From assembly GCF_006345805.1 (NCBI RefSeq), contig NC_043000.1:41106001-41170000 (forward strand): DNA of 64,000 nt, written 5' to 3'. The notes beneath the pieces were generated by a model. It searched no databases and had not been told where the DNA came from. It worked only from the letters and a program-made list of their open reading frames with translations. This stretch comes from Octopus sinensis (lineage: Eukaryota). Shown one piece after another: positions 40,345-53,417 of this stretch. The first letter of the stretch is position 1, and every line of letters begins with the position of its first letter. The position numbers were made by a program, and so were the translations under genes.

Positions 40345-40520
40345 TAGGCGATGAAAAAGAAAAAGAAAAGAACACAAGGGAAAAGGAGATACACAGAAAA
40401 TGCATTTGGTTGACGCTCAATTTAATAGAAAAAGATGGGTTGTAACGCTTCGAGCATAGCTCTTCGTCATAAAGAGGAGAGAAGAAAGGTCCTGAGAGAG
40501 GGAAGCAAATATTCCAAGAA
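40345..40520 (-). mobile_element. HH1 pLTR-like module, decayed
   Basis: ttt ATGACGA A GAGC tat GCTC GAAG CGTT at ~40442-40474. Confidence 0.65.
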
Positions 40521-40634
40521 AAATACTATCGTTTTCCATTTCGCATTGCACCCACCTGATTAACTATCTTGCCTCTCTAACAACCCATCATCATACTTAT
40601 ATATCTTCTTGATTAAATACGCACACACACACAG

Positions 40635-40665
<31 letters not shown>

Positions 40666-40759
40666 AACACATACATATATATTTATAACGTTTATATGTA
40701 AACAGACATTAGTTTGTTTTATATTTTTGTGTATTATATATATATGTGACCGCGTGTAT

Positions 40760-40943
40760 ATCGTTGGCGATTTCCTTTCTCCGTCTTCCCTTCTTTGGAC
40801 TTTCTCTATATTTCTGACGAAGAGCTCCTCTCGAAACGTGAAATCCTCCTTCTTTCTTTCCTTTCCTGAGCGTCCAATAACACTGTAGTTATTCCACGTC
40901 CTCGCGTTGTTGCGCTTTCTCTTTGTTCATGTTTGGATTAACT
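40760..40943 (+). mobile_element. HH1 pLTR-like module with hammerhead motif 40810-40844
   Basis: attt CTGACGA A GAG ctcct CTC GAAA CGTG aaat: intact core and ACGT palindrome, but N17=G. Ends at (TA)n. Confidence 0.8.
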
Positions 40944-40959
40944 ATATATATAATATATA

Positions 40960-40991
<32 letters not shown>

Positions 40992-41019
40992 CTATAATAA
41001 CTGTATATAATATATAATC

Positions 41020-41425
41020 GGGGAATAAATATCATTATGATATATATTATATAAAGTTATTATACAGCTATTATACTATGACCCTTCCATAGTAGGTTTC
41101 CCTCCGTTACTCGCAGAGCCTTTCGGGTTTGTTTACAAAACATATTGTTTATGTAGTATCAAGATAGTTGAAGTATATATTGACTAAATTTAACTGAAAT
41201 TGATAGGTGACCGTTTGGCCAGTCAAATTCGCAAGGAGCCATGAAAGCGTTGATTTATGAGCTCGATTCTGCCTGATGTTAGCTCATCATTTTTCAGTCA
41301 TTTGTTTATATTTAAAAATTGTCGCTTCGAATCGGAGAATACACATCATTATGATATATATTATATACAGTTATTATACTATGAGCTTTCCATCGTAGCT
41401 TTCTGTCCGTAACTCGCAAAGCCAT
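41020..41425 (+). repeat. Pair of ~95-bp direct repeats (41020 and 41335)
   Basis: atcattatgatatatattatat…ttattatactatga.c.ttccat.gtag.tttc..tccgt.actcgca.agcc occurs twice. Confidence 0.85.
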
Positions 41426-42267
41426 ATAAATATATCTATACATACATAGATAATACATACATAAACACACGCAGGCACGCACACAGGCACACACACACAC
41501 ACACACACACACCACACACACAAATCTCTACCTGTCTCCCTGCCTACTTATATATACATTTACTACAACCTATTTATCTGCTTTTCTTTCAGCCTAATTA
41601 CTTTTCTACCCACTTTTCTATCTGTTATTTCCACTTTCCTATATACCTGTCGTTTTACCTGGTATTTTGAGTTACGTTTTTTCATCTCTTCCCCACTTAC
41701 AAATTATGTATGTTAACAATGTAATTTTATAAATGATGACGTTTTGCTGCATTAAATCAGCCATATGAGAAATTTATGCTTTTCGCTCCTTTAAATATCT
41801 TCTATCTATGCATTGAGTCAAACTTCTGTCATCTGTCTACTTAAACTTTACCAGCTTTCAGTGAACCAATTCATCAACTGGCAGGATGGTAGTGTTATTT
41901 CAGAAATCCTTGGTATGGGTAATCTTCTTGAACCTGGACAGTAAGCTGGTGGTCCAGGATGTGAATGTAGATGGCTGTTTAAGTCCTGACAGGAACTGGA
42001 AAACCATATTTCTTCAAACAGCTAAAAGGATTTCTGGGAATATCTTGTGAGTGAGTGATTGGAATTGTATTTTCTATAATCTTATTTATTTTACTTCTAC
42101 CTTCGGATGAGAGACTCTGTCAAGAATACTAGTTCTTTCTTTTTTTGACACAGTCCATTGATAGTTTATCCGGATTTTTCTGTTTCATTTCTACCAACCA
42201 ACCAACTAACCAAACAAACAAACAAACAAATTTACGTACGTACGTACCTACCTACCTACTTACCTAT

Positions 42268-42657
42268 TTCTTTACTACCCACAAGAGGCTAAACACAGAG
42301 GGGACAAACAAGGACGAACGGATTAAATGGATTACATCGACCCTAGTGCGTAACTGGTACTGAAATTATCGACTCCGAAAGGATGAAAAGCAAAGTCAAC
42401 CTCGGCGGAATTGGAACTCAGAACGTAGAGACAGATGAAATACCTATTTATTTACTACCCACAAGGGGCTAGAACAGACAAACGGATTAAGTCGATTACA
42501 TCGACCCCAGTGCGCAACTGGTACTTAATTTATCGACCCCGAAAGGATGAAAGGCAAAGTCGACCTCGGTGGAATTTGAACTCAGAGCGTAACGGCAGAC
42601 GAAATACGGCTACGCATTTCGCCCGACGTGCTAACGGTTCTGCCAGCTCGCCGCCTT
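42268..42657 (-). mobile_element. SINE family C head-to-tail dimer
   Basis: The full copy has head ggcggcgagctggcagaaccgttagc…gagttcaaattcc and core gcctttcatcctttcggggtcgataaa. A second copy lacking the first ~45 nt follows. Confidence 0.85.
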
Positions 42658-43097
42658 ATTTACCTACTTACCTGCCAACACACTACGTTATTAAGCTTAA
42701 AACACACAACAGAGATGCATGTGTGAAACCATTTGTTCATTTGTTTAATACGAGTAGACATTAAGTGAGCGGACATGAAGATCCGTATTTCTTTGAATTA
42801 GTAAATAAAACTACAGATTATCTATAAATAATTCAAACACTCCAAGACACACAGACACAGACACACACACACACACACAAACACACGCACGCACAAGCAC
42901 ACATACACTCACACACACACAGAGCAGAAGGCAAAAAACACATACACTTACAGAATCAACTACACCACGCAAAATACATCCACACAGACACATACACCAG
43001 AACTCGCATAGCGATATGAATGCAGATTCATACACACATACACGCACATACGCACGCACACTTTGTCTGTTTGTCGATCAGTTTGTTTGACTGTTTG

Positions 43098-43128
<31 letters not shown>

Positions 43129-43572
43129 CTCTCTCTTTGGGTCTATCTCTCTATTTCTCTCTAATGCAATTCCTCACAAAACCAACTACACCACACAAAC
43201 ATGCGTTCACACATACATACACACATGCCATACAAAAGAACGCACACTCACATACATACAAGAGCAAAACACTCCCCTTTTCCCGCGTATACACTTGCAT
43301 CCATAAAACTATACAAATATTAAAACTGAAGCCAGGAAAGAGACAGATCAGAAGCTAACCTGGAGTAGAGAGGGCATGTCATTGAAGATGTCGTGAATGG
43401 CAACGAAAGAACTTTAGCAAACACAATTGATTGATTGATTAAGCAAACAATCGATTAGTTGGTTAAATAACTAACCAATTGGCGAATAATAATAATAAAG
43501 AAGTGAAATTGAGCTTGCGCGTGAGTTTATAGTTAGCATAAAGACTCTCCCTAGTTACATGTATACACATAC

Positions 43573-43620
<48 letters not shown>

Positions 43621-43803
43621 CTATCTATATACGCTTGTATATGTGTAAGATTGTGTTTGCGTATGTGCTTGTGCATGCGTATGTACGTATTTGTATGTGT
43701 GTGTTTGTGTGTGTGTTACGCTGACGCAAGCCAGTATTCTCGAGTGAAGTTTCCTGCAATATTCAAATAAATATGTATGCAGAATCATAACCATATGTTT
43801 ACA

Positions 43804-44193
43804 TACGAGGAGGTACCCAAAAGTAACCCGAAACGCGAATGAAAATAGTTGCAGTAAAATCTGTCTCGCCTTCTCACAGAAGATCAAATGCAGTCACGAC
43901 TAAATGCGTGTCATGAACTGAAAGAACAGTTGGAAGTTGATCCGGACCTTTTTTCGAAGGTCATTACTAGTGAAAAATATGAAGATGTGAAGCGGTTAAG
44001 CAAAAAACGACGGAGGCATTGAAAGGCATCACTTTCAGAGTTCCAACACTGTATCGAATAGTGGAAAACGCGTCTGAACCGATGCATAGCTTCAAATGGA
44101 GAATATTTTGAAGGCGATAAAAATGTAAATATGTAAAACTAAGTGAATGAAATAACATTGCAAAATCAGGGGGGTTTTTGGAAACCCCTCGTG
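43804..44193 (+). mobile_element. Internally deleted mariner element
   Basis: TA|cgaggaggtacccaaaa … tttttggaaacccctcg TIRs. Transposase pieces LLTEDQMQSRLNACHELKEQLEVDPDLFSKVIT and WKTRLNRCIASNGEYFEGDKNV*. Confidence 0.88.
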
Positions 44194-44254
44194 CATATAG
44201 ACAAGTATCCATTTGGATAATACTAACGATCAATATATTAACTGAATGCCTATA

Positions 44255-44717
44255 ATTGTTTTATGATAAACCGTAGCTAACGCTTAAGAATGAGTATGAC
44301 CCGTTGCATGTTTCAGTGGTAACCCAGTGGATGTAGATGATGCCTTTGCTATCGAAATGGAGGATCACTGTGAGCTTCCCGATGGACTTGTTTTGCCTGG
44401 CCTCTTGTGCCAATGAAAAACAGATGCTCGGCTCACACAAGATAATCCATAAGCCGCCTGGAACATTTCTGTAGCAATGAATTGAATGGCGAGCATCCAA
44501 ATTGTTTTCACGTTTCGACTGCATTCTAGAAATTAGCTATAACAAGCAGTATTTTGTAGGTTGAGCTCAAAGTGCTACAGCCGTCTTCTTCAATCTGATA
44601 TAACAAAAATTGACAGTTGGTGTATTGTAATAATGACATACTAAAATTACATCAATCTATGACAGTTGTAATTGCTTCTTTTAAATATACCTCAAAACTG
44701 CTCGAATGAAACTCGCA
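44255..44717 (-). mobile_element. Second mariner remnant
   Basis: LTVILHFDSKGIIYIHWV resembles the mariner MLTVFFDxxG motif. A TIR-like end lies near 44700-44717. Confidence 0.6.
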
Positions 44718-44727
44718 CTATAACAAC

Positions 44728-45012
44728 GTGGAGGCACATAGCCTAGTGGTTAGAGCAGGGAGCGCGGGTTCGAATCTCAGACCGGGCGATGTGTATGTTT
44801 ACACCTAAGCTCCACGCGGCTCCAGCAGAAGTAATGGCGAACTTCTGCTGACTCTTTCGCCACAACTTTCTCTCATTCTTTCCTCCTGCATCTTAGCAGC
44901 TCATCTGTGACAGACCGGCGTCCCGTCCAGGTAGGAAAGTTATACGTCATTGAAACCGGGGAAACCGGCCATTATGAGCCAGGCATGGCTCGAGAAGGAA
45001 CAAACAACAACA
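44728..45012 (+). mobile_element. tRNA-derived SINE (family D, distinct body)
   Basis: gtggaggcacatagcctagtggttagagc…gggttcgaatctc carries A- and B-boxes; (caa)n-like tail. Confidence 0.75.
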
Positions 45013-45362
45013 ACACTATAACAAAGTGGTTGACAAAACAAACAAACACAAATTGAAACGGTCTTCATACGATTACTAAATCTGCTAGAAATACTGACAT
45101 CGATATAATCGAGTTTAACTGCAATCCGAAAATACGTTAGATGTGTACCATTAAATCTAGAACAACTGTTCTGAGTTCACTTATCACTGAGGTCAATAAC
45201 CCTGCCATTCATTTTTATGAGACTCATATCATACAAAAGCTTAGTGAATTACTGGTGGTAGGTCGTAATAAATTAAATTTTATCGTCGAAATAATACACA
45301 CACACACACATACACACACACACACACACACACATACACACGCCCACACGCATACACATACA

Positions 45363-45750
45363 TGGCGCAGGCGTGGCTGGTAGGGTAAGAAGCTTGCTTC
45401 CCAACCGCATGGTTCCGGGTTCAGTTCCATTGTGTGGCATCTTGGGCAGCTGGCTTTTACAATTGTCTCAGGCCGAACAAAGCCTTGTGAGTGGATTTGA
45501 TAGACAGAAACTGAAAGAAGCCCGTCGTATATATATGTATATATTCATGAATGTGTCTTTGTGGCTGTATTTGTCCTCTCACCATCACTTGACAAAAGAG
45601 CGATTCGGCGATGACGACCGATAGCATAAGTGCTAAGCTGACAAAGAATAGGTCCTGGGATCGATTTATTCGACTAAAATCGTTTAAGGTATTGCACCAG
45701 CATGGCCGCAGTCAAATAACTGAAACATAAAAGAGTAAAGGAATAAAAGA
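45363..45750 (+). mobile_element. SINE family A
   Basis: Head and tail are colinear with the other family A copies. Confidence 0.88.
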
Positions 45751-46032
45751 ACATACATATATGTGTGTGTGTGTGTGTGTATTCTGTTTCCAAAGATGAA
45801 ATCTGAACCAAGGTCGACTTATCAATTTCTCCTACATAGGTCGATATTTTATTTTTCGTAAGTCCGAATCAAGTACTGGGTTTGTTGCAAAATATGTAGC
45901 CTTGTGGCTAAGTTAATAATCATTATTAAATCGAGGTCGAGTTACAAAGAAAATGTTTACAATGTTTGATAACCAAGAAGAAAGAAAGAAAGAAAGAAAG
46001 AAGGAAAGAAAGAAAGAAAGAAAGAAAGAAAG

Positions 46033-46066
<34 letters not shown>

Positions 46067-46439
46067 GAAGGAAGAAAGAACAATTACTAAACAACCACTA
46101 GAAATCAACTGATATCGTTTCAGCCAATGGTTGCCGAAGAATTTCTCTTGAGTTTAGATATAAGTTTATCTCTTGTTACATATTTATATTAGTTGTAGGA
46201 GATAAACATTACAAAGACAAATAAGTTCATTATGCGTTTTGTCGCTCTTCATCACACACTGTGATAACAGAACACTCATAAGTGTGTATCCGTGATCCAG
46301 TTGTTTGTTTGTTTATGAGTATATTATTTGGTTTGCTTTCTTTTTTCTTTTTATGTGTTTGAATATTGATTTGATAGAGTCAATAGGGCAGCGAACAAAA
46401 TGCCGTGTGGTATTTGAATTCGAATCCTGCTGCGGTCAA

Positions 46440-46805
46440 CTTCATCATCATCATCATCACCATTTAGCGTCCGCTTTCCATGCTAGCATGGGTTGGACGG
46501 TTCAACTGGGGTCTGTGAAGCCAGAAGGCTGCATCAGGCCCAGTCTGATCTGGCAGTGTTTCTACGGCTGGATGTCCTTCCTAACGCCAACCACTCCATC
46601 AGTGTAGTGGGTGCTTTTTACGTGCCACCCGCACAGGTGCCAGTCAGAGCTGGCAAACGGCCACGAACGGATGGTGCTTTTACGTGCCACCGGCACGGGG
46701 GCCAGGCGAGGCTGGCAACGGACACGAACGGATGGTGCTTTTACGTGCCACCGGCACGGGGGCCAGGCGAGGCTGGCAACGGACACGAGCGGATGGTGCT
46801 TTTTT
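46440..46805 (-). mobile_element. SINE/LINE 3' end with (CAT)n tail and an internal 61-bp tandem array
   Basis: catcatcat…ggctggatgtccttcctaacgccaacc, then ~3 units of ggatggtgcttttacgtgccaccggcacgggggccaggcgaggctggcaacggacacgaac. Confidence 0.75.
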
Positions 46806-46931
46806 CATCGTTCATTATTTCATGTTCAATAAAACAAAGGAGTATATCCAGTATAGCCAGTTCAGACGAGATATACTCGACTAACCCCTTCATAACAAAA
46901 TTTCTGATAGCCTACCTATATAAGAAATGAT

Positions 46932-47061
46932 AAGGCGATGTCCTGGGCAGAAGCGTTAGTGGGTTGGAAATACCTTGCAGTATTTCTCTGGCTCTGCTCA
47001 ATCTGAGTTTTAACTCGAAGTCGACTTAGCCGTTTATCTTTTCGGTGTCGATGAAATAAGA

Positions 47062-47063
<2 letters not shown>
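46932..47063 (+). mobile_element. SINE family C, diverged
   Basis: taaggcg…gggcagaagcgttag…ctgagtttt…gtcgactt…tcttttcggtgtcgatgaaataag. Confidence 0.65.
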
Positions 47064-47133
<70 letters not shown>

Positions 47134-47173
47134 GTTGTTATTATTATTATTATTGTTATTATTATTATTATTA

Positions 47174-47211
<38 letters not shown>

Positions 47212-47267
47212 GTTATTATTATTATTGTTGTTATTATTATTATTGTTATTGTTATTATTATTATTGT

Positions 47268-47311
<44 letters not shown>

Positions 47312-47312
47312 A
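47063..47312. repeat. (ATT/GTT)n(ACT)n microsatellite
   Basis: Directly visible. Confidence 0.95.
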
Positions 47313-47319
47313 TTGTATG

Positions 47320-47470
47320 AAGGCACATGGCTCAAGTGGTTAAGGTGTTGCACTCACGATCTAGCGATCGTAATTTCAACTCCTAGACGTGGTGCTGCAT
47401 TTTGTGTGATCTTGAGCAAAACATTTCATCTCACGTTGTCCAGCGATCATTTCGACAATTGACTCGTGTA
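47320..47470 (+). mobile_element. SINE family B 5' part
   Basis: gaaggcacatggctcaagtggttaaggtgttgcactcacgatc…tcttgagcaaaacatttcatctcacgttg. Confidence 0.75.
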
Positions 47471-47707
47471 CCTGTTCCTCGATTTGATGGAGAGAGAGTC
47501 TCTTACGTCGGCAGGTCGTTGTTCGTGGAAACAGTCATGCGAAACATAATCATGATGATGATGATTTGTTGGTACGAAGTCTACCTCCGTTGCCATTTTC
47601 TTCTTCTTCTTCTTCTTTCTTCTTCTTCTTGTCTTCTTTTCTCTCTTCTTCTTCTTCTTCTTCTTCTTTTCTTTCTTCTTCTCTTCTTCTTCTTCTTCTT
47701 CTTCTTC

Positions 47708-47758
<51 letters not shown>

Positions 47759-47825
47759 TATTATTATTATTATTATTGTATATTTTATTATTATTATTAT
47801 ATATTATTATATTATTATTATTATT

Positions 47826-48432
47826 TACTTTTAATCTGCATGTCTATTACAATCTCTCGCTGAGACACACCCAGCGCCCTTGGGCGAGTGAAGGATAAGA
47901 GATATTACAGTATGACTGAAAGCTTGGTGAGGGGGGGTGAAGAGCAGTAGCGAAATATCTTCATGTAATACAACACAGACGTTTAAATTGATAATGTCTT
48001 TCTAAAGCAGTACTTGCTAGAATAAGATTTTGAATTTCTCTGAGACATGCTTCTCCTGGGATATTATCTAGATGTTTCTGACATCCGTTTCTTATCATAC
48101 CTAAGGCAGCTACAATAACAGGAACAGTTCTCGCTTGTAGATGCCATATCTTTTGTATTTCAATTTCCAGGTCTTTATACTTACATAATTTGTCAAATTC
48201 CTTTACAGATATATTTTAAGTGGTAGCACTTTCATCTATTAGTCTACAAGTATTTTCTTCTCTGTCTTTAATGACTATGTCTGGTCGATTATCCTGAATC
48301 GTTCTATCGGTGTTGGCTGGGAAATCCCAGATAATAGTGACATTTTTACCTTCAACGACTGGTTCAGGATGATGTTGATATCATTAATTTTGTAGTGTTT
48401 ACATATATTCCAATGTAAATAGTGTCCTACCT
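47826..48432 (-). mobile_element. 5'-truncated R4/Dong-like element (RLE domain + 3' UTR) inserted in (TAA)n
   Basis: KVGHYLHW…PVVEGKNVTIIWDF…NRPDIVIKD…KYKDLEIEIQKIW…VPVIVAALG contains the PD…D…K RLE motif. Both junctions are (taa)n. Confidence 0.85.
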
Positions 48433-48635
48433 TATTATTATTATTATTATTATTATTATTGTTATTATTATTATTATTATTATTATTTTGATTATTGTGA
48501 CAGTCGTTCTAGTTGGCTCACCACTGATGTTAGTCATTCAATGCTTTTTGTGGTTTCCTTTATTCGTGTTTTTGTTTGATACTTGATCGCTGACTCCTAA
48601 AGTCAAAGTTTCCATCCGTGGCAGTCTTGTTTATA

Positions 48636-48674
<39 letters not shown>

Positions 48675-49203
48675 CTGACATTAACCAAATCGCTCAAATC
48701 TATTTTTTTCTTTAAAAAAGAAAACAATTGTTGACATGAACTGAGTCTGATTTTGCTGTTATTTCTAACAAGGGTATTCATCCTGGCGTTTTTATAAGAC
48801 GCTAGTAATGACGGCGAAGACGTGGACTACAACGAGAACAGCGATAATAACGTTAATAATGATGATGATGCCCATGATGATGACGACGACGATGATGATG
48901 ATGACGAAATGATAGTAGGGATAGTAAAAGAGGTGGAGAAGTTTTCTATAGTGATTGTAGTGGTTCGTGTTCTTTTTAGTGGTTATGCTTGCCTTTGTTC
49001 TTATTGTTATCGACGTCATCTTTCATGTCATTCTTCTTTTGTTAATATCGTTGCCGCCGCCGTCGCCGTCGTCGTTGTTGTAGTTGTTTTTGTCCATAGC
49101 CCTAGGTCAGCCATGATCAGAAAGATATATGATCAAATGAGTTCCAGCCGTGAGCATTCCGTTTCTTCCTTTCTTTCTCTCTTTCATTCTTTCTTTCATT
49201 ATT

Positions 49204-49234
<31 letters not shown>

Positions 49235-49441
49235 CTTGCTTGCTTTATTTATTTATCTATTGATTTTTTTCTTTGTTTTTTGTCCAATGTGTCATGACAT
49301 TAAGATAGCATTATTGTTGTTATTTGAAGGAGATTTTAACGACTATTGCGGCAGTTTGATCGACTATACCTACATACGTATACTTATATATACATATATA
49401 TACGCACACACATGTATACATGCATGCATATTATATATATA

Positions 49442-49510
<69 letters not shown>

Positions 49511-49678
49511 GTGTGAATATATATGTGTGTGTGTGTGTGTGGTATAAATATATAGATAGCTAGATAGATAGGTAGATAAATGTCTCTGCTTGCACGTTCA
49601 TCTGTGTGTGTGTATGTGTGTGTGTGTGTGTGTGTCTGTGTGTGTGTGGTATGTGTGTGTGTATGTGTGTGTGTGTAT

Positions 49679-49722
<44 letters not shown>

Positions 49723-50243
49723 TGTGTGTGCGTGCGAGTATACAATTGCCATTCGCTTTATAACGTATTGGTATTGACATCTTGCTCTCATTCTGGTTTC
49801 TTGCGTTTTCTGGCGATCTTTAATTTAATGAACAAATCAAGAATTTATTCTCGATTTAAATTAAATCACTTGGCTAAGTTCCTTGCAGTCTTCCAATTTG
49901 AGAAAACGTGATTTTCATTTTAGCTCAAAATGCTTAGATTCTCTCATATATTGGATGATGATAATTTAAATATGTCTCGATTTTTCAATTGATCGGCTGC
50001 TGTCATATTGGAGAGATAGTCAAACAACGTTGACCAGGACTCTACTTGGCTTGGTATGGTTTGTTTTGGGCACTCAGATTTCAGTAGAGTTGCAGAGGCA
50101 TTAACCTGACATGATGCACCAGTTAGTTTCTTCATCTGTCTTCGTAGTGTGTCACAGCTCAGCTTTCCGTTAGAATCTTCCTCATTCGTAGATATTATCC
50201 GAATATCATTTCACTTGTCTGTCTTTCTTTTAATTTCTTTCAC

Positions 50244-50665
50244 AGGCGCAGGAGTGGCTCTGTGGTAAGTAGCTTGCCTACCAACCACATGGTTCTGGGT
50301 TCAGTCCCACTGCGTGGCATCTTGGGCAAGTGTCTTCTGCTATAGCCTCGGGCCAACCAATGCCTTGTGAGTGGATTTGGTAGACGGAAACTGAAAGAAG
50401 CCTGTCGTATGTATGTATATATATGTATGTATGTGTATGTATATGTTTGTGTGTCTGTGTTTGTCCCTCTAGCATTGCTTGACAACCGATGCTGGTATGT
50501 TTACGTCCCTGTCACTTAGCGGTTCGGCAAATGAGACCGATAGAATAAGTACTGGGCTTACAAAGAATAAGTCCCGGGGTCGATTTGCTCGACTAAAGGC
50601 GGTGCTCCAGCATGGCCGCAGTCAAATGACTGAAACAAGTAAAAGAGTAAAGAGTAAAAGAGTAA
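50244..50665 (+). mobile_element. SINE family A, well-preserved full-length copy
   Basis: Complete head, body and (aaagagt)n tail. Confidence 0.93.
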
Positions 50666-51029
50666 TTCCTTAAAGAACGTCTTTATTTTTGTTATATAGC
50701 AACCTTGCTAAATGGCCATCTCACCATAGCATGAGAGCCAATGAGAGTTTAAATGATTTTGCGGACCGGCTCATTTGTGACGCTATCCAAGTACGAGACG
50801 ACTTTGAGGCCTGCGATAGCACTTTATTTCCATTGCCTGTATCGTTATCTCTGCTCTCTGCAGTGAGTGTCTGTGTCTCGCATGCGTGCGAGACGACAGA
50901 AAGTATCAGTGCACGCAAGAATTTAAGTATTTCATGGTGATATTCATATTTCACCATATTGGCTTGAATTTGTTTTGTGCAATCACTTGCGGTTCTTGCA
51001 AGAGTCATAAACCTTTCTCATTAACAATT

Positions 51030-51560
51030 GTCCTCATATATTTGAAATGGTACACTATCTCTAGTTTCTGTTATTGTTACAGAGATGTCTACTATAATAG
51101 TGGTGTTGGTATCAGTTATTTGTTTAGTTTTTACAGCACTGATTCTTATCCCAAACTTGAAATCTCTATCAGGACGGATGAATTGAATCAATTCATCTTC
51201 GCATCCTACAAATCCATCATTGTCATCACCAAATCTTAAGTCTGTGATGCTCTTACCGCCGAAGATGACTGAGCCCATGTAGTCTTCAAAAGCATAGTTC
51301 ATGGTCAGTTCCAAGATGTTGAAGAGAGTTTGAGGAGATACAGGATTCCAGAGAGACTCCAAAGGTGGTATGGAACCACACCACGATGGGGCCTTGTGCG
51401 TGGGCAGCACTGCTTGCTTTCACGTAAAGTTCTTGCTTAGTACAAATCAGTTTCTGTCTCATTTTTCACTCACAGAGCACCATGCCAGATTCTATCATAC
51501 GCCTTCTTAAAATCTAGGGAGACATGTGTGGTAGAGTTCTTTTTCATTCTGACAGTATCT
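51030..51560 (-). mobile_element. Decayed RTE-clade RT fragment
   Basis: LDFKKAYDRIWHGAL, TLFNILELTM, GGKSITDLRFGDD and ISAVKTK. Confidence 0.8.
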
Positions 51561-51894
51561 CTGACAGGTGGCGTGGAGCTTAAAGCTCTGATCAGTAGTG
51601 CAACTGCTTTTACAGTATCTGTCTTTTCCTTTGCCAATGATATTCATACCTGGTGCCTCAGTTAGTTGAGCATGATTCGAAGCGTTAATTTGGTTGTTTG
51701 GCTAATCTTGATAATGGTACGATAATTATGGCACTGTTGGGGACTGTTTTACTTGGGAATCACAGTGATTATCTATAACATTATTAACAACGAAGAAGCC
51801 TGTATGTGGTCACCATACACACTAGATACAGCAGCTAAATCTTCCATGAAAATAATAGTATATTAATTTGGTTTCAAGGTCAGAGTTATCAGGT

Positions 51895-52065
51895 GGAAAG
51901 ACAATATTATCAGTCCCAGTACATGACTGGTATTTTATTTTATCGACTCAATATGGAAGAAAGAAAACGGATTTGAACTGAGATCACAAAGTATCGAAAC
52001 AAATGCCAGAAAGACATTTTCTCCGATCATCTAACGATTCTCTAACGCCTGTTCGCCGCCATAAC
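51895..52065 (-). mobile_element. SINE family C, diverged
   Basis: cccagtacatgactggtattttattttatcgactc…tttgaactgag…ctaacgattc…cgccgcc. Confidence 0.65.
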
Positions 52066-52299
52066 AATTTTCTAACTTTTCTCTCCGATCCTCTAACGCC
52101 TGTTTACCACCATTAATATCCTAAAAATAACGACACTTTAATAACACCTTGCAGTTGACGTTATCCACGGAAAAAAGAACAAAAGTAATAAATTAAAATT
52201 AACGAGATTGTCATAGATTGATCGCTTTTGGGTATAAGTCTCCTGAGTCCGGTCTAATTTAGAACGAAGAGAAACAACAGCAACATTTATCGTAAAGAT

Positions 52300-52590
52300 A
52301 AATGGTTGGTCGGAGTCGATAGAACAGTGCAGACACCAGTCTAAGAGGTCAGTGGTTTGTATCGAGTACGTATCGGCGTTTGTGATGTATGTGTCTACGA
52401 CCAAAACAGATCAACTGTTGATGAGTTTACGTATCGCTGGCTGATATCACACCACAGTGTCAACAGCATCAGTACGTTCGCGCTGCACTGACGTTAACTT
52501 GGAGTTGACTACAAGTAGGGAGTTACAGCTGACGGAAATGATTAATATAGTTCACCATTATAACCCAAAACACTAGTAACCATGGTGAGT
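52300..52590 (+). promoter_or_regulatory. Candidate promoter / first exon ending in ATG followed by a splice donor
   Basis: Non-repetitive, locally CpG-rich sequence; Inr-like TCAGT at ~52468; aaccATG|GTGAGT (ATG 52582-52584). Confidence 0.4.
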
Positions 52591-53344
52591 TCAAATCTTT
52601 ACCTGAATAAATAATCGTTCTTTTTTGCACGAGCAATTCTGAGTTAAAATACATACATCCCAAAGATGGAGCCTTGTATCTTTGTTGGAAACGGGCTCCC
52701 TCCTCAGTGGAAGATTTATAATAAGTAAAAATAGAAGAGACATGCATACACACACACAAACACACACACGCATATTTTATAAATGTAAACAATGTTATCC
52801 ATGAATTCACATACACATACACATAAATAATGTAAGCGATATGTACGTATGTACACACATATACATACAAGTGAAAACATAAACACAAACAAATTCTATT
52901 TCACTTTTATTTTTATTTTTATTTTCATTCCTTATTTATTTTATTCCTTATTTCCGATTCAATATTTACTTTATTTTATTATATATTTATTTTATCTTTA
53001 TTTATCATTTATTAGTTTTGTTTTATTTTTGCCCCTATATACCTTGATTTATATACCTAAATAAGCAACTTAGAAAGGAACATATATACAAATACTCATG
53101 CATATTGATGTATAAACTATTGACATCCATACTTGCTGCGTGTATATATATATATGTATATATAAATATATATATATATATATATACGCATGTGCATACG
53201 CACACACTTACAAAAGTATGAGTATTTGTTTCCTTTTTATTTTATTTTATTTTATGAACATAAATTTATTACACTTTTACTTTGTTTTATTCGTTATGTA
53301 ATTTTACTCTTATATACTATAACCCATTATTCATAATAATAATG

Positions 53345-53417
<73 letters not shown>

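Noticed and set aside
46610-46803. CRISPR-like array
   Set aside because: The units are contiguous tandem repeats without unique spacers, the context is eukaryotic, and there are no cas genes.
48822-49442. 206-aa ORF with an acidic N-terminus
   Set aside because: Built from decayed (GAT/GAC)n, (CT)n and (TA)n repeats.
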